Shown here: positions 60,388-64,000 of the stretch, one piece after another
Layout of the letters: each line of letters starts with the position of its first letter
How positions within the stretch are numbered: the first letter of the stretch is position 1
Origin: an uncultured Gemmatimonadales bacterium
GTDB lineage: Bacteria > Gemmatimonadota > Gemmatimonadetes > Gemmatimonadales > Gemmatimonadaceae
Direction: 5' to 3'
Assembly: GCA_963701965.1 (NCBI GenBank)
Contig: OY969695.1
Span: forward strand, 1,344,001-1,408,000
DNA length: 64,000 bases
Made by a program: the position numbers and the translations under genes
The notes under the pieces: generated by a model
Told to the model about the DNA's origin: nothing
Databases searched by the model: none
What the model saw: the letters and a program-made list of their open reading frames with translations, nothing else

Positions 60388-60718
60388 ACGCGTCGCCGTC
60401 GAGGCGTGACGGCGGTCCGTGATCGCCGGCGCGGCGCGTCACGCCGTGCACAGCGTCGGCCAGCGCATCGAGCGGCGCGTCGGCTTCGGCATGGAGGTCG
60501 AACGTCCACGCGCCGCGATCCATCCCTTTGACGGCATGGCTGTACCGCGCGGTCAGCACGGCGTACCGCTCGCCTGCCCCTGGGGCGGTCGCCAGGACGG
60601 CCACGCCGGTCTCGGCGACGCCCTGGCGCAGCACGGGAAAGAGATAGGCTTCGACGACATCGACCACCGGCACGCGTTCGGCGATCTCGCGGAGAAACCT
60701 CCGCTCCCCTTCGGTCAA
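60347..60718 (-). CDS. Hypothetical protein
   Basis: TTG start TEGERRFLREIAER; LFP.LRQG..ETGVAV; follows the upstream gene in an apparent operon. Confidence 0.65.
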   Translation of the reverse strand: MTEGERRFLREIAERVPVVDVVEAYLFPVLRQGVAETGVAVLATAPGAGERYAVLTARYSHAVKGMDRGAWTFDLHAEADAPLDALADAVHGVTRRAGDHGPPSRLDGDAFRAMVAETAQTAP

Positions 60719-60728
60719 GCGCGCACCG

Positions 60729-61844
60729 TCATGCCGATACGGCTGCCAAACGCACCGGGGACATCGTGGACAGCTCGCGCTCCACGTAGAGCCGCAGGAT
60801 GTGCATGAAATCCTGCGCGTTGGTGACGACGCCGAACGCCTGGTGCGTGCCGCGGTCCTTGAGCTTGCTGACGACGAACTCCGACGAGTCGACGCAGATG
60901 GTCGTGAGCTCGCGCAGCGTGCCATCGGACTCCGTCACGAACGCCGGCAGCATGTTGCCGGTGGCGATGGCGTGCAACGCCGTGGCGATCAGGATCGCCA
61001 TCGTGGCCTTGGTCGCATGGCGCCGCATCGCATCCTGCCCGGCGATGGCATCGGTCACGACGTCGGGCAGCGGACCGTCGTCGCGAATCGAGCCGGTGAG
61101 CACGAACGGGACCTTATGGACCACGCAGGCGTGCATGATGCCGTCGGTCACGATCCCCTGCTCCACGGCGGCGGCAATCGAGCCCGCGGCGCGCACTTTG
61201 TTGATCGCGCGCATGTGCAGCCCGTGGCCGCCCGACGTGGCCTCGCCGGACCCGCTCATGCCGAGCGTCGTGCCGAAGATCGACGCCTCGATGTCATGCA
61301 CGGCCACGGCATTGCCGGCCAGCAACGCACCCACGAACCCGTTGGCGATGAACCAGGTCATGTCGGTCCGAGCCCGCGAGTGGACGAGCGCCGGACCGGT
61401 CACCCATACCGGATAGCCCCCGCGGTCGCGCTCGGCGATCAGGAGCTGCGCCATCTGGGCGTAGTCGATCGGCTTCTCGCGCGACACCTCGCTGGTCATG
61501 AACTTGAACTCGCCGGACCCGTCTTCGACCGCCATGAACGCGGTCGTGTACACGAAGATCCCCTCGCTCCCGTCCTCGGCGGTCCCCACCGCGACCCGCT
61601 CACCCCGCCGGACGCGCCGGCCCTCGCGCACCCACAACTCGCCGTCGGCGTCGAGCACGAGCACGGAGTCCATCCGCGGCTCGCGCGGCATGCGCCAGAT
61701 GCCGTTCACGCGGGCGTACGTCGGGAGGTTGGTCGTCGAGAAAAAGCCTTCGGGCAGTACGCCATCGGCCGGAGCCGGGACGAACCGCGCGTCGGCCGCG
61801 GCGGCGAACCGTGCGGCCGTGAAATCGGGATGCTTGAACGTCAT
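60729..61844 (-). CDS. TIGR00300 / LOR-SDH-family protein (ornithine cyclodeaminase-like)
   Basis: P.GFFSTTN.PT, FKFMTSEVSRE, GPALVH, GNAVAVHDIE, GSIRDDGPLPDV, LHAIATGN, KLKDRG. Confidence 0.82.
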   Translation of the reverse strand: MTFKHPDFTAARFAAAADARFVPAPADGVLPEGFFSTTNLPTYARVNGIWRMPREPRMDSVLVLDADGELWVREGRRVRRGERVAVGTAEDGSEGIFVYTTAFMAVEDGSGEFKFMTSEVSREKPIDYAQMAQLLIAERDRGGYPVWVTGPALVHSRARTDMTWFIANGFVGALLAGNAVAVHDIEASIFGTTLGMSGSGEATSGGHGLHMRAINKVRAAGSIAAAVEQGIVTDGIMHACVVHKVPFVLTGSIRDDGPLPDVVTDAIAGQDAMRRHATKATMAILIATALHAIATGNMLPAFVTESDGTLRELTTICVDSSEFVVSKLKDRGTHQAFGVVTNAQDFMHILRLYVERELSTMSPVRLAAVSA

Positions 61845-61867
61845 CACCCAGAAAGATCGGCGCGCGC

Positions 61868-64000
61868 TCAGAGGAGCGCCACGGGGTCCCGGTCGAGGGT
61901 CACGCGCAACGACCCCGCGTGGGGGATCTCCACGCGCTCGAGAAAGTACCGCGCGACCCGGGTGAGCGCCGCGGGATGCTCGGCTTTCAACACGAGATGC
62001 CACCGCCAGCGATTCTTGATCCGCTCGATCGGGCACGGCGCCGGGCCAATGACCGACACCTCGGCCGGCAACCGGCCGAGCCAGGTGGCGCTCGCCTGGG
62101 CGAACCGCGCCGTCGCGTCCTCGTCGGTGCCGCTGAAGACGACGTTCGCGAGCCGGATCGCCGGTGGGTACGCCGGCGACTGCCGCCCGCAGAGCTCCTC
62201 GCGGACGAATCCGGCATAGTCGTGGGCGACGGCGCACCGGACCGCGTGGTGGGCAGGGACCCGCGTCTGAATGAACACCCGGCCGGCCTTGGTGGCGCGC
62301 CCGGCGCGCCCGGCGACCTGGCTCAGGAGCTGGAAGCATCGCTCCGACGCCCGGAAATCGGGCAGGTTGATGCCCACGTCGGCGTCGATGACACCCACCA
62401 GCGTCACGTTGGGAAAATCGAGCCCTTTGGCGATCATTTGTGTGCCGAGGAGAATGTCGACCTCTCCCCGCGCGACGCGGTCGAGGATCTCGGCGTGCGC
62501 CCACTTGCCGGTCGTGGTGTCCACATCCATGCGGGCGATGCGGGCCTCGGGAAATCGCTCGCCCACCAGACGCTCCACCTGCTGCGTCCCCAATCCCCGG
62601 CGCCGCAGCGTGCGCCCTCCGCATCGGATGCAGCGCTCTCTCGGCAACTCCTCGTAGGCACAGTAGTGGCAGACGAGGCGCGCCGGCGCCCGATGGTCGG
62701 TCAGGGAGATCGAGCAGTGCGGGCAGACAGCGACGTCGCCGCAGGCGACACACTGCACGAACGCGGCGTAGCCGCGCCGATTGAGCAACAAAATGGTCTG
62801 CTCGCCGCGAGCGAGGGTCCCGGCGATCGCGTCTTCCAGCGGCTCCCGCACCACCGCGTTGAAGGGCGTGCGCACGGGCGGCTCGGCATCCGCGGGCGGG
62901 CGCAGATCGATGATCGCGATGTCCGGCAGGCTTCCCCCACCTACCCGGTCCGGCAGCGCGAGTCGGTGGTATTTCCCCGTCGTGGCGTTGACCCAGCTCT
63001 CCAGGCTGGGCGTGGCGCTGCCCAGCACGACGACCGCGCCTTGCTGGCGCGCCCGGACGATGGCGACCTCGCGCGCGTGGTACCGCGGCGACTCGCCCTG
63101 CTTGTAGCTGCCCTCGTGCTCTTCGTCGACGATGATGGCGCCCAGATCGTCGAGCGGAGCAAAGATGGCCGACCGCGCGCCCACGGCGATGCGCTTCCGG
63201 CCGGATTGGAGCGCCAGCCAGGCATCATACCGCTCGCCGTCGCTGAGCGCGCTGTGAAGGACCGCCACCTGGTCGCCGAACGCCGCGCGAAACCGGTCGA
63301 CGGTCTGCGGCGTGAGCGCGATCTCCGGCACGAGGACGATCGCCGTGCGGCGTTGCTCCTCGACGATCCGGCGCAAGAACTCGACGTAGACGAGCGTCTT
63401 GCCGCTCCCGGTCACGCCGTGCAGGAGGAAGACATCGCCCGGCTTGCCCGCCACCAGCGCATCGATGGCGCCCGCCTGCGCCGGCGTCGGCGTATGGGCG
63501 GTGCGCGGAGTCGCCCGCGCCGCAAAGGGATCGCGTTCCACGACGCTCTCATCGATCGTCACGACGCCGCGCTCGACCAGCGCCCGCAGCACGGCCGGCG
63601 AGCAGCCCAGCTGCTTCGTGAGATGCGCGACCGGCGTCTGGCCGCCGAGCGCTTCGATCAGCTCGAACACCTCGCGCTGGCGCTTGGCGCGGGCGAACAC
63701 CCGGTCGCGCTCGAGGAGCGATGGCATCTCGCGCGCCAACCGCGCCACGCGCTGAATCTTCGGCGCCGGCTTGGACGCCGCACCGAGCAGGGCCGCGGGA
63801 AGCGCCGTCCGGAGCACCAGACCGAGCGGCACGACGTAGTACTCGGCGATCCAACCGCAGAGCGCGAGCATGGCGGGCGCGAGCACGGGCGCGGCATCCG
63901 GTACGTCGAGGACCGCCCGCGGCGCCGCGCGCATGGTGGGCGCGACCTCGGTCGTGCCGACGCAGATCCCGATGGTCCGGTTGCGGCGGAACGGCACGAC
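61868..64000 (-). CDS. priA: Primosomal protein N' (5' end lies outside the window)
   Basis: GVTGSGKT, VPEIALTPQ, DEEH, SATP, four CxxC motifs, GTQMIAKGLDF, QVAGRAGR. Confidence 0.97.
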   Translation of the reverse strand, partial: VVPFRRNRTIGICVGTTEVAPTMRAAPRAVLDVPDAAPVLAPAMLALCGWIAEYYVVPLGLVLRTALPAALLGAASKPAPKIQRVARLAREMPSLLERDRVFARAKRQREVFELIEALGGQTPVAHLTKQLGCSPAVLRALVERGVVTIDESVVERDPFAARATPRTAHTPTPAQAGAIDALVAGKPGDVFLLHGVTGSGKTLVYVEFLRRIVEEQRRTAIVLVPEIALTPQTVDRFRAAFGDQVAVLHSALSDGERYDAWLALQSGRKRIAVGARSAIFAPLDDLGAIIVDEEHEGSYKQGESPRYHAREVAIVRARQQGAVVVLGSATPSLESWVNATTGKYHRLALPDRVGGGSLPDIAIIDLRPPADAEPPVRTPFNAVVREPLEDAIAGTLARGEQTILLLNRRGYAAFVQCVACGDVAVCPHCSISLTDHRAPARLVCHYCAYEELPRERCIRCGGRTLRRRGLGTQQVERLVGERFPEARIARMDVDTTTGKWAHAEILDRVARGEVDILLGTQMIAKGLDFPNVTLVGVIDADVGINLPDFRASERCFQLLSQVAGRAGRATKAGRVFIQTRVPAHHAVRCAVAHDYAGFVREELCGRQSPAYPPAIRLANVVFSGTDEDATARFAQASATWLGRLPAEVSVIGPAPCPIERIKNRWRWHLVLKAEHPAALTRVARYFLERVEIPHAGSLRVTLDRDPVALL

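Noticed and set aside
1..64000. CRISPR array, tRNA, rRNA, prophage or retron/RT genes
   Set aside because: No repeat-spacer array, cloverleaf or rRNA-like sequence, and no phage or RT motifs were seen. The repeats in 31-34 kb are coding NHL blades.

Overview
This 64-kb high-GC bacterial segment is densely coding. Gene content suggests Gemmatimonadota, which is inference only. Housekeeping and metabolic genes include a partial CusA/CzcA-type RND pump, pckA, mscL, class II RNR nrdJ, ggt and a partial priA. A peptidoglycan-turnover cluster (amidase, nagZ, anmK, murQ) brackets a Ser/Thr kinase / PP2C / FHA-trypsin operon. A complete IS3-family element (25318-26558, 4-bp target duplication, unusual GG...CC ends) interrupts an M16 peptidase. 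An accessory island (~30.9-37.3 kb) carries two NHL-repeat lipoprotein paralogues, a duplicated 3' end of the flanking gene and a hipBA-like toxin-antitoxin pair. Notable signals: (1) a membrane-anchored SARP/BTAD regulator followed by four phased GACnnCnG repeats and a -10 box in front of the next gene; (2) five +1 frameshifts at the identical hexamer CATTCT plus two CAT-TGA stops, suggesting systematic miscalling at CATC and possibly a DNA modification; (3) many apparently leaderless promoters with palindromic operators. No rRNA, tRNA or CRISPR array was recognised. All calls come from reading motifs by eye; no database search was run.
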